Origin: Nevskiales bacterium
GTDB taxonomy: Bacteria; Pseudomonadota; Gammaproteobacteria; Nevskiales; CAJXLF01
Assembly (NCBI GenBank): GCA_041630955.1
Contig: JBFKKS010000001.1
Location: forward strand, 1-35,055
Direction of reading: 5' to 3'
DNA: 35,055 bases
The notes beneath the pieces are model-generated. The model was given only the letters and a program-made list of their open reading frames with translations. It was not told the origin of the DNA and ran no database searches. The position numbers and the translations under genes are program-made. This document shows, piece by piece, positions 18,733 through 26,116 of the stretch (its first letter is position 1; every line of letters begins with the position of its first letter).

Positions 18733-19248
18733 ATGACAGATAACTCACTTACCCCTTTAACGGTGGGCCACTCGGCAGCCGCCGAACATCTTTACAAGGT
18801 CTTTCCTAATGACCTTAATGCCTACAACACCATGTTCGGTGGCACTATCCTGGCGACGATTGATCGGCTGGCCTCGATCGTGGCCGAACGTCATGCCGGC
18901 CGTGTTTGCGTAACGGCCAGTGTGGACGCTGTGCATTTCATGGCCCCGGCGCGACATGGCGACACGCTGGTATTTTCAGCGGCAGTCAATCGGTCATGGA
19001 ACAGTTCCATGGAGATTGGTGCCAAGGTCATGGCAACCGATCTGAGTGGCCAGGACGAGCGGCACATTGTGTCGGCCTACCTCACCTTCGTGGCACTGGA
19101 TGAAAATAACCGGCCTGCGCCCGTACCGAAACTGGTGGCAGAGACTGAGGCTGAGAAGCAGCGCTACGCGGAGGCAGAGATTCGACGCCAACAGCGACTC
19201 GCGCACGCCGAGGTTATTCGCGCGCATCGGGCAGCCGCCAACGAATAG
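18733..19248 (+). CDS. Acyl-CoA thioesterase (hotdog fold, YciA/BFIT-like)
   Basis: KVFPNDLNAYNTMFGGTILATIDRLASIVAERH...VTASVDAVHFMAPARHGDTLVFSAAVNRSWNSSMEIGAKV is typical of this family. I took the ATG at 18733; the longest ORF starts at GTG 18718. Confidence 0.85.
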   Translation: MTDNSLTPLTVGHSAAAEHLYKVFPNDLNAYNTMFGGTILATIDRLASIVAERHAGRVCVTASVDAVHFMAPARHGDTLVFSAAVNRSWNSSMEIGAKVMATDLSGQDERHIVSAYLTFVALDENNRPAPVPKLVAETEAEKQRYAEAEIRRQQRLAHAEVIRAHRAAANE

Positions 19249-19336
19249 ACCGGCTGTGGATTATGGGCCTGGTTAAAAAGTGACCAAAGCGGCAGCAATC
19301 CTTTTATTTTCGGGCTTGCGCATCTCTATTCAAAAA

Positions 19337-19345
19337 TTATCCACA
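19337..19345 (+). promoter_or_regulatory. Perfect consensus DnaA box TTATCCACA
   Basis: Exact 9-mer read at 19337-19345, in the AT-rich thioesterase/parB convergent spacer. Two 8/9 boxes lie nearby (19255-19263 and 19363-19371). Function is not established. Confidence 0.35.
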
Positions 19346-19352
19346 GGCTTAT

Positions 19353-20192
19353 TCAGCCCTTTTGTGAATAGTTCACACCCCAGCGATCAAGTAATCCTTC
19401 GAACTCATCCAAACTGTGGTAGCGGATACGCACCTCGCCGCCGCCGCTTTGCCCATCGTGGTGAACGGTGACGCTGTTGCCCATCTGTTCGCTGAGCAGG
19501 CGTTGCAGTTCTTCCAGCTCCCGCTGGGCGGCGCGATCCTGGGGTTCCTGATGAGTGCGTCCATTATTGTTGGCTTGCAGCTTGCGCCCGGCGGCTTCCA
19601 GGGCGCGTACGGACCAACGTCGCCTCAGTGCCTCGCGAGCGAGGGGCATTTGTTGCGCCTGCGGCAGACCCGCCAGTACGCGTGCATGCCCCATGCTGAG
19701 TTGTGCATCATCCAGCAAGCCCTGCACCCGCTCATCCAGGTTGAGTAGCCGCAGGAAGTTGCTTACATAGGCCCGTGACTTGCCAATGCGCAGGGCAGTG
19801 GCTTCATGCGTCAGGGTAAAGAGCTCACTCAGTTCCTTAAGACCACGGGCCGTTTCCATTGGCGCTAGCGATTCACGTTGCAGGTTTTCAATCAGGCCCA
19901 GCACATGGGCTTCACGATCATCGAGGTCATCGCGCACGATGGCCGGCATCTCATGTAGCCCGGCAATCTGGGCCGCGCGCCAGCGACGTTCGCCGGCCAG
20001 CAACTCGTAGCCATTGCTGTCACTACGCACCACCACCGGTTGTACGATGCCGGATTCAGCGATAGAGGCAGCCAGTTCTTCCAGTGCAGCAGGATCGAAA
20101 CGGCGGCGGGCCTGATATTCACCGGGGTGAATCAGGTCCACAGCCAGGCGCTGGATACTGGGCTCGCGGCCTGCAGGGGTATCGGATGACAT
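19353..20192 (-). CDS. parB: ParB/Spo0J-family protein (chromosomal type, no adjacent ParA)
   Basis: The ParB box reads LLAGERRWRAAQIAGL, followed by LIENLQRESL. The HTH is ATALRIGKSRAYVSNFLRLLNL. It also has LSMGHARVLAGL and a C-terminal dimerisation-like tail, EVRIRYHSLDEFEGLLDRW. I chose ATG 20192; the longest ORF uses TTG 20231. Confidence 0.88.
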   Translation of the reverse strand: MSSDTPAGREPSIQRLAVDLIHPGEYQARRRFDPAALEELAASIAESGIVQPVVVRSDSNGYELLAGERRWRAAQIAGLHEMPAIVRDDLDDREAHVLGLIENLQRESLAPMETARGLKELSELFTLTHEATALRIGKSRAYVSNFLRLLNLDERVQGLLDDAQLSMGHARVLAGLPQAQQMPLAREALRRRWSVRALEAAGRKLQANNNGRTHQEPQDRAAQRELEELQRLLSEQMGNSVTVHHDGQSGGGEVRIRYHSLDEFEGLLDRWGVNYSQKG

Positions 20193-20348
20193 CGGTTTGA
20201 CTGTTATTGACGACACGATATGGGTTGCCAAGGTTGCGTAAGGTGACGCATTGGACGTATGTCGGCATTATGCAGTAAAACAGTATGCAGTTCTGGTTTG
20301 TTCCAGGCGGAACGGCGAGATCTGGATCGGGGCTGGGAGGCTTCCTGT

Positions 20349-21167
20349 ATGCGGGTAAACAATCCATGGTGGCGACGTTTCAGCCGGTTCGGCTACAGCT
20401 TTTTGCTGCTGCTGCTTATGGGGGGCTGTGCCCATTCTCCAACCTACGATCCCTACGATCCCTACGAATCGCTGAACCGCGACTTTTACGCTTTCAATAT
20501 GACGCTGGATCGTTACATTCTGCGTCCAACTGCACGTGGTTATGTGCGTTACACGCCTAAACTGGTGCGCAGAGGCGTGGATAATTTCATTACTAATATT
20601 TTCTATCCACGCACCATGATTAACAGCTTCCTGCAGGGGAAGTTTGTCCATGCCGGTCAGGACTTTGCGCGATTCACGCTAAACACAACCGTAGGCCTGC
20701 TGGGGCTGTTTGATGTGGCGACCCCATTGGGTATTCCAGAGCACAACGAGGACTTTGGGCAGACTCTTGGGCATTGGGGCCTGGGTACCGGTGCTTACCT
20801 GATGTTGCCCATACTCGGGCCCAGTACCACACGGGATTTCAGCGGACGGGTGGTCGATCTGGCATTTCAGCCAACCAGCTATATGGATCATGGTCCCGCT
20901 TTTGTCATCACGGCCGTGGATGTGATCAATATCCGGGCGAAGTTATTGAAACTGGATCGAACGCTGAAGGAATCGTTCGACCCCTACACATTCCTGCGTA
21001 GCGGCTATCTACAAAATCGCCGATCATTGGTGTACGACGGCAAGCCGCCTCCCGTACAGGACGAGTATTACCAGCTGGATGAGAGCTACGACCTGGATTA
21101 CCAGGAGGCCCAGGACGAGGGAATGGCAGCGGATTCTCAGGACGGTACCAGCGAAGCGGTACAATAG
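20349..21167 (+). CDS. mlaA: MlaA/VacJ outer-membrane lipoprotein (phospholipid asymmetry maintenance)
   Basis: GGGAGG lies upstream of ATG 20349. The lipobox reads FLLLLLMGGC. The core ESLNRDFYAFNMTLDRYILRPTARGY...NTTVGLLGLFDVATPLGIPEHNEDFGQTLGHWG...YLMLPILGPSTTRD is collinear with MlaA. Confidence 0.9.
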   Translation: MRVNNPWWRRFSRFGYSFLLLLLMGGCAHSPTYDPYDPYESLNRDFYAFNMTLDRYILRPTARGYVRYTPKLVRRGVDNFITNIFYPRTMINSFLQGKFVHAGQDFARFTLNTTVGLLGLFDVATPLGIPEHNEDFGQTLGHWGLGTGAYLMLPILGPSTTRDFSGRVVDLAFQPTSYMDHGPAFVITAVDVINIRAKLLKLDRTLKESFDPYTFLRSGYLQNRRSLVYDGKPPPVQDEYYQLDESYDLDYQEAQDEGMAADSQDGTSEAVQ

Positions 21168-21198
21168 ACTCTCTGTTTCAGTCGTGTGAACTCACCGT

Positions 21199-21891
21199 AT
21201 GCATCCCTTTGCTGAACTCAGCTATGACGAACTATTGGCCCTCGGGCAGCATCGATTTGCCCCGGCAGGCGGTACCAGGCCGGGTGTGTGGCTCCTGCAA
21301 CAAGGGGATACCCGCGCGGTTCTGAAGGATTACCACGTCTGCAACGGCTGGTTTCGCATTCTGATTGCGCCGCTGCTGGTATGGCGTGAGGTGAGCGCAC
21401 TGCGCAAGCTGGCCGGTATGCGGGGTATTCCGCAGTTGATCCAGCAGGTCGACCGCATCAGCTTTGTGATTGAATACCTGCCGGCCTCAAGGCTGGCGCG
21501 CAAGCAGCGTGGCGACTGGCCCGAGCCTGATTGGACACGTCTGTCTGAAGTGGTGGCTGAGATGCACGCGCGTGGCCTGGCCCACTGCGACCTGCGTCGT
21601 TCCAGTAACATTTTATTCAGCGAGGATGGCGAACCATTCTTGGTTGATTTTGCTGGCCATGTGAAACGTGGCGGTAGCTGGAACCTGCCCTGGAACTGGG
21701 CCTTTGCCCGGTTTTGTCGCGCAGACCGAACTGCCATATGCAAACTCAAGCACCGGGTAGCCCCTGACTCACTGACGGATGAGGAGTGTGCCCTGCTTGC
21801 ACAGCGTTCGTGGCTGGATGAGCTGGCGAGGGGCATTGGCGGTTCGGTACGCAAGCTAAGTCGTTTACTGTCAGGCAGTAGTAGCACCTGA
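21199..21891 (+). CDS. Small protein-kinase-like fold protein (RIO/Kdo-kinase/InaA-like)
   Basis: The catalytic-loop-like motif is HCDLRRSSNILF, followed by FLVDFAG (DFG-like). The N-lobe candidate lysine is in RAVLKDY. The 230-aa protein has no signal peptide and no TM helix. Confidence 0.6.
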   Translation: MHPFAELSYDELLALGQHRFAPAGGTRPGVWLLQQGDTRAVLKDYHVCNGWFRILIAPLLVWREVSALRKLAGMRGIPQLIQQVDRISFVIEYLPASRLARKQRGDWPEPDWTRLSEVVAEMHARGLAHCDLRRSSNILFSEDGEPFLVDFAGHVKRGGSWNLPWNWAFARFCRADRTAICKLKHRVAPDSLTDEECALLAQRSWLDELARGIGGSVRKLSRLLSGSSST

Positions 21892-21965
21892 CGCTGGCAG
21901 GCGTTTACTGGCCGCCGGCTGGCCTTTACGCCAAAATGCCTTTCTAAGAACACTAAGGGGTGGAA

Positions 21966-24458
21966 ATGCTGCAACGGCTAATGGCCATACTGCAACCGAT
22001 CCTGACTTTTGTCGGCTTGCGCATGAGGCGTCCGCTACTGGGCTGGGTCAAACCGCAGGTTACGCCCGAACCTGCGGGGGAGGCCCTGGGTCTCGATGAG
22101 GAGCGTCCCGTCTGCTACGTGCTCAGTAGCCGCAGCCTGTCTGATTACATCGTGTTGGAACACGCCTGCAAAGCAGAGAAGCTGCCACGCCCTCACTTTG
22201 CCGAACGTCGCCTGCCCAGCGTGAGTCGTCCTACTGGGATGTTCCTGCCGCGACCACAGGAGCGCGGTTCTTCGGATCTGGAAACCATCATTGAACGCGC
22301 CATAGAGCGCGAGAAATATGACGTGCAGATTGTGCCGGTCTCGGTGTTTTGGGGCCGCGACCCAGGCAAGGAAACCTCGTTGTTTCGCATCGCTTTTTCG
22401 GATGCACCGTTGGCCGGGTCATTACGTAAATTCTTTATTGTGCTGGCCAATGGCCGCAGCACGCTGGTGCATTTCGGTAAACCGATTTCGGTGCGTGAAT
22501 TTGTTTCCGAAGGACTCGAGCCCAGGCGGGCAGGGCAGAAACTCAATCGTGTACTTCGGGTCCACTTTAATCGACAACGCGCGGCGGCACTGGGGCCCAG
22601 TCTCTCGAGGCGCGCGCGCCTGCTTGACTCGCTGATAGCCACGCCGGCTGTGCAGGCCGAGATAGCTATTCGCGCTGAGAAAGACGGTATCAGTCGCACT
22701 GAGGCAACGGCCAAGGCGCGGGCTTATGGCGAGGAAATCGCGGCCGATTTTTCCATCGCTGCAATCAGTTTTCTCAAGCAGGTCGTGAGCTGGCTGGAGC
22801 GGCGCCTGTTTGATCACATCAAGGTCTTCAATTTCGATCGTATTCGAGACCTGGCCCATGAGCAGGCCCTGGTGTATCTGCCCTCTCATCGCAGTCATCT
22901 GGATTACCTGATGATCACGAAGACGGTATACGACCGAGGTCTGGTGCCCCCGCATATCGCGGCTGGCATCAATATGAACTTCTGGCCGGTGGGCAAGCTG
23001 TTGCGCCGTTGCGGGGCTTTCTACCTGCGCCGCAGCTTTGCCGGTAACGATTTGTATACCGAGATGTTTCGTGCCTACGTGGACCTGCTGCTGAACCGCG
23101 GTTACTCGATGAAGTTTTATCCTGAAGGTGGGCGTAGTCGTACAGGGCGCCTGTTGCGGCCTAAGACCGGCATGTTGAGCATGGTGGTGCAAAGCTTTAT
23201 CCGGGAACAGCACCGTCCTGTGTCATTGGTGCCGATTTTTGTTGGCTATGACAAGGTCCTGGAAGTGAACTCCTATTACAAGGAACTGGGCGGCAAGGAA
23301 AAGAAAAAGAAAGAATCGACCCTTGGCATGCTGCGTGCCGGCAGTAAATTGGGCAAGGCCGCCGGTGGCGTCTACATCGGTTTTGGTCGACCTATTTGCC
23401 TCGGGGATTATCTGGATGATGCCAAGCCGGACTGGCGGGAAGCAGGTCCGGTGGATTCGTCAACGCCGTGGCTATTCAAGGCGGTGTCGAAGCTGGCTGA
23501 TGAGGTGATGACGCGCGTGAATATGGCGGCGAGCCTGAATCCGACAGGACTGGTAGCGCTGATCCTGCTCGCCAATCCCCGCAAGGCCATGGCTGAAGAT
23601 GAGTTGCTGGAGCAAATCAGGCATTGCCTGGGGCTATTGCAGGCCTGTCCCTACAGTGAGGGCATGAGTATTCCTCTTGAAGACCCCGCTGAGATACTGG
23701 CGCTGGCGGAACGGGTTGGCCGCCTGGCTCGTATACCGCATGCATGGGGCGATGTGATCTCGGCGGAAGGTCGCTCCGGGGTTTTGCTGACCTATAACCG
23801 CAACAGCATTCAGCACCTGCTCGTGCTGCCTTCCATGATTGCCCGCCAGTTCAAAAACCAGGATGACCTGGAAGAGGATCTGCTACTGCGGCGCTGTCTT
23901 GGATTGTATCCATTTCTGCAGAAGGAGCTGTTCCTCCGCTGGGACCTGAAAGAGGCCGAGCAGGCCCTGCGCGCCACGCTGGATGCGATGGTGCAGCGAG
24001 GGCTGCTGGTTCGGGATGGCAGTCTCTTACGCAGCCCGGCAGTATCCAGTGCCGAGACGGCCTGCCTGTTGAACCTGGGGCGTATGCTGCGCGAAACACT
24101 GGAGCGCCTGTGCATGACTACTTTCCTTTTGGCCGATCAGGCTGGCAATGTGCCGGTGCCACGCAAGGAATTCGAGCAGCAGTGCCAATTGATGGCTGAA
24201 CGTATCACCATGCTCAGTGGGGTTAATTCTCCCGAGTTCTTTGATCAGGCCCTGTTTCGCAATTACATCGATACCCTGCAAAGCATGAAACTGTTGCAGA
24301 TTGAGAAATCGGTGGATGACGAGGACCTTCTTAAGGTTGATGCACAGCGACTGCGAGCGATTGCCGAGCGATCAGTCGAGTTGGTGGATCTGGACGTGCT
24401 GCAGGCCATTCAGCAACTAATAAGCAGGCCGAGACCCGCATTGAGTCCGTCAGGATAG
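21966..24458 (+). CDS. plsB: Glycerol-3-phosphate 1-O-acyltransferase
   Basis: Acyltransferase blocks are present: HRSHLDYL, GAFYLRRSF, YPEGGRSRTGRLL, PIFVGYDKVLE. The protein is about 830 aa and collinear with E. coli PlsB (VPVSVFWGRDPGKE, PPHIAAGINMNFWP). An AAGGGG SD precedes ATG 21966. Confidence 0.93.
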   Translation: MLQRLMAILQPILTFVGLRMRRPLLGWVKPQVTPEPAGEALGLDEERPVCYVLSSRSLSDYIVLEHACKAEKLPRPHFAERRLPSVSRPTGMFLPRPQERGSSDLETIIERAIEREKYDVQIVPVSVFWGRDPGKETSLFRIAFSDAPLAGSLRKFFIVLANGRSTLVHFGKPISVREFVSEGLEPRRAGQKLNRVLRVHFNRQRAAALGPSLSRRARLLDSLIATPAVQAEIAIRAEKDGISRTEATAKARAYGEEIAADFSIAAISFLKQVVSWLERRLFDHIKVFNFDRIRDLAHEQALVYLPSHRSHLDYLMITKTVYDRGLVPPHIAAGINMNFWPVGKLLRRCGAFYLRRSFAGNDLYTEMFRAYVDLLLNRGYSMKFYPEGGRSRTGRLLRPKTGMLSMVVQSFIREQHRPVSLVPIFVGYDKVLEVNSYYKELGGKEKKKKESTLGMLRAGSKLGKAAGGVYIGFGRPICLGDYLDDAKPDWREAGPVDSSTPWLFKAVSKLADEVMTRVNMAASLNPTGLVALILLANPRKAMAEDELLEQIRHCLGLLQACPYSEGMSIPLEDPAEILALAERVGRLARIPHAWGDVISAEGRSGVLLTYNRNSIQHLLVLPSMIARQFKNQDDLEEDLLLRRCLGLYPFLQKELFLRWDLKEAEQALRATLDAMVQRGLLVRDGSLLRSPAVSSAETACLLNLGRMLRETLERLCMTTFLLADQAGNVPVPRKEFEQQCQLMAERITMLSGVNSPEFFDQALFRNYIDTLQSMKLLQIEKSVDDEDLLKVDAQRLRAIAERSVELVDLDVLQAIQQLISRPRPALSPSG

Positions 24459-24460
24459 AC

Positions 24461-26053
24461 ATGATTGACGAACAGACGTCGGCCCATCGTGAGCGCATTG
24501 GTGCGGGACGATCAGGCGTCGTCTATCGAGTACGTCGTCCAGAGGGAGACTTGGCCGTCAAGGTCTTTGCTGGTGATAGTGCATCCAAGCTGGTGCTGTA
24601 TATCCTGACCGGTGCACCTAATCCCTATAGCTGGAACGAAGCCGCCATCTGTTGTGCCCAACTGCGCCGACAGATCATGAGTTCACTGTGCCTGTACTGG
24701 TTTGCCGGCAAAATCAGGGTGGCCAACGCACCAGGCTGGGGCTGGAACGAGGAGCAACGCGCATTCGAGTTGCACACGGAATACGTCCAGGGCAGGCCGG
24801 CAGCGCTGCATACGCCGTTTTCGGCACAGCGTGATCATGAGCAGGGCGAACTGATCAGGGACATCATGCGGCCCCTGCAGTTGAGGCTGCGGGAAGCGGG
24901 CTGTGATGGCCTGCTCTGGCAGGCCGGATACGGTAATCCGGTTGCCACGAATAACCTTCTTCGCGTCGATGATGATCGCAGTGGCGCCCATTGGGTCTGG
25001 ATAGACATGGAATCCGGTGTGCCCGCTCTGGCCCCGTTAAATCCACTGACATTGCTGACTTTCTATTTGCCGATGTCTTTCAAGCACCGGCGGCCGCTGT
25101 TTGACGACATGGACACAGGGCGCCTGCAGGCTTACCTGAGGAAGCATGAGGATGGGTTGGTTAAGGTCGTGGGTGCTGAGCGCTATGCCGAGTTGCTGAA
25201 GCTGGCGGCGGAACTGGCAGAAATGCAGAGCCAGTGGAAAGCACAACGGCGCGGTCACCGCAGCATTGAGTATCAGTGGCGCAAGGGGCGACTGAGTGTT
25301 GAACAGGCAGAGTATTACCGCAAGAACCTGTTCCTGTGGTATCTGCGAGAGACGGGGCGTTTACTCAGAGGCCTGCCCAAGATCGCCGCGCAACTCCCGA
25401 TAGGCGTTTGGCGGCTCGTAAGGCAGGTAAGACCCCTTCTGGCTGTCAGGGCAATAGGCAAGATACTGGTTTCCCAGCGGTATCGTGAAATCGTGGCACG
25501 GATGTATGTGGCTCAGCGTATCGAGGCCTGGGAGCATCGAGGGCATATCAGTGATCAAGAAGGCGGCTTTTTGCATAGCCTGCTGGAAAGCGAGGATGAC
25601 AGTGCCTACATCACCGACTTTGGCATGCATATCGCGATCAAGCCGTTTGTGAAATTCCTCACCTGGGGCGTGGTGCCGACTCTCATGGCCTCGGGGGCCC
25701 TCAGTGTGCCAGCCGGGGGCTTCTTTATCGTGTTCGGTGGCATGCTGGGGCGCACCGCCTATACCCTGTACCGCATTATCGGTGCGACGCTGACCGGAGG
25801 CCATCGGCCCTGGGTTGCGCTGGCCGCTGGCTTCCTGCCCGTGCTGGGCAATGCCGCCTTTCCCATGCAGATTATTTCTTCCGGCAGTGAACGTGATGGA
25901 AAACTGGCACAGTTTATTGTTTACGATACCCTCAGTCGCCTGGCCCTGATGACACCCATCTGGGGCGGGCCGGATACGCGGATCGAGTTCTTTTTCAACG
26001 GTTTTGGCAACTGGATTGCGCGGGACCGTGCCGACGTCGACAAGTATCTCTGA
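24461..26053 (+). CDS. Uncharacterised protein: N-terminal atypical kinase-like domain fused to a C-terminal membrane domain
   Basis: It starts 2 nt after the plsB stop. It has a glycine-rich loop (IGAGRSGVVYRV), a VAIK-like motif (LAVKVF) and a hinge-like motif (TEYVQGRP). The catalytic region is degenerate (GNPVATNNLL, WIDMESG). Hydrophobic helices lie near the C-terminus (GGFFIVFGGMLGRTAYTLY, WVALAAGFLPVLGNAAFPMQII). Confidence 0.55.
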   Translation: MIDEQTSAHRERIGAGRSGVVYRVRRPEGDLAVKVFAGDSASKLVLYILTGAPNPYSWNEAAICCAQLRRQIMSSLCLYWFAGKIRVANAPGWGWNEEQRAFELHTEYVQGRPAALHTPFSAQRDHEQGELIRDIMRPLQLRLREAGCDGLLWQAGYGNPVATNNLLRVDDDRSGAHWVWIDMESGVPALAPLNPLTLLTFYLPMSFKHRRPLFDDMDTGRLQAYLRKHEDGLVKVVGAERYAELLKLAAELAEMQSQWKAQRRGHRSIEYQWRKGRLSVEQAEYYRKNLFLWYLRETGRLLRGLPKIAAQLPIGVWRLVRQVRPLLAVRAIGKILVSQRYREIVARMYVAQRIEAWEHRGHISDQEGGFLHSLLESEDDSAYITDFGMHIAIKPFVKFLTWGVVPTLMASGALSVPAGGFFIVFGGMLGRTAYTLYRIIGATLTGGHRPWVALAAGFLPVLGNAAFPMQIISSGSERDGKLAQFIVYDTLSRLALMTPIWGGPDTRIEFFFNGFGNWIARDRADVDKYL

Positions 26054-26069
26054 TAGCTTCAGCCATAAG

Positions 26070-26105
26070 AAAGGCCGCGTGGTAATCCAACGCGGCCTTT
26101 TGTTG
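26070..26105. terminator. Bidirectional rho-independent terminator between convergent genes
   Basis: AAAGGCCGCG (26070-26079), an 11-nt loop and CGCGGCCTTT (26091-26100) form a 10-bp stem. The tails are T-rich on both strands. Confidence 0.8.
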
Positions 26106-26116
26106 AGTTGTCTCGA

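Noticed and set aside
19255-19377. The possibility that the DnaA-box cluster marks the replication origin.
   Set aside because: There is only one perfect box and no visible 13-mer AT-rich unwinding repeats or clustered GATC sites. The flanking genes (thioesterase, parB without parA/gidAB/dnaA) do not resemble known gammaproteobacterial oriC contexts. It is kept only as a possible secondary DnaA site.
21655-21672. A parS half-site-like GTGAAAC (21661-21667) that might serve the orphan ParB.
   Set aside because: Only one half of the 16-bp parS palindrome is present, and it lies inside the kinase-like coding sequence. A 7-mer match is expected by chance.
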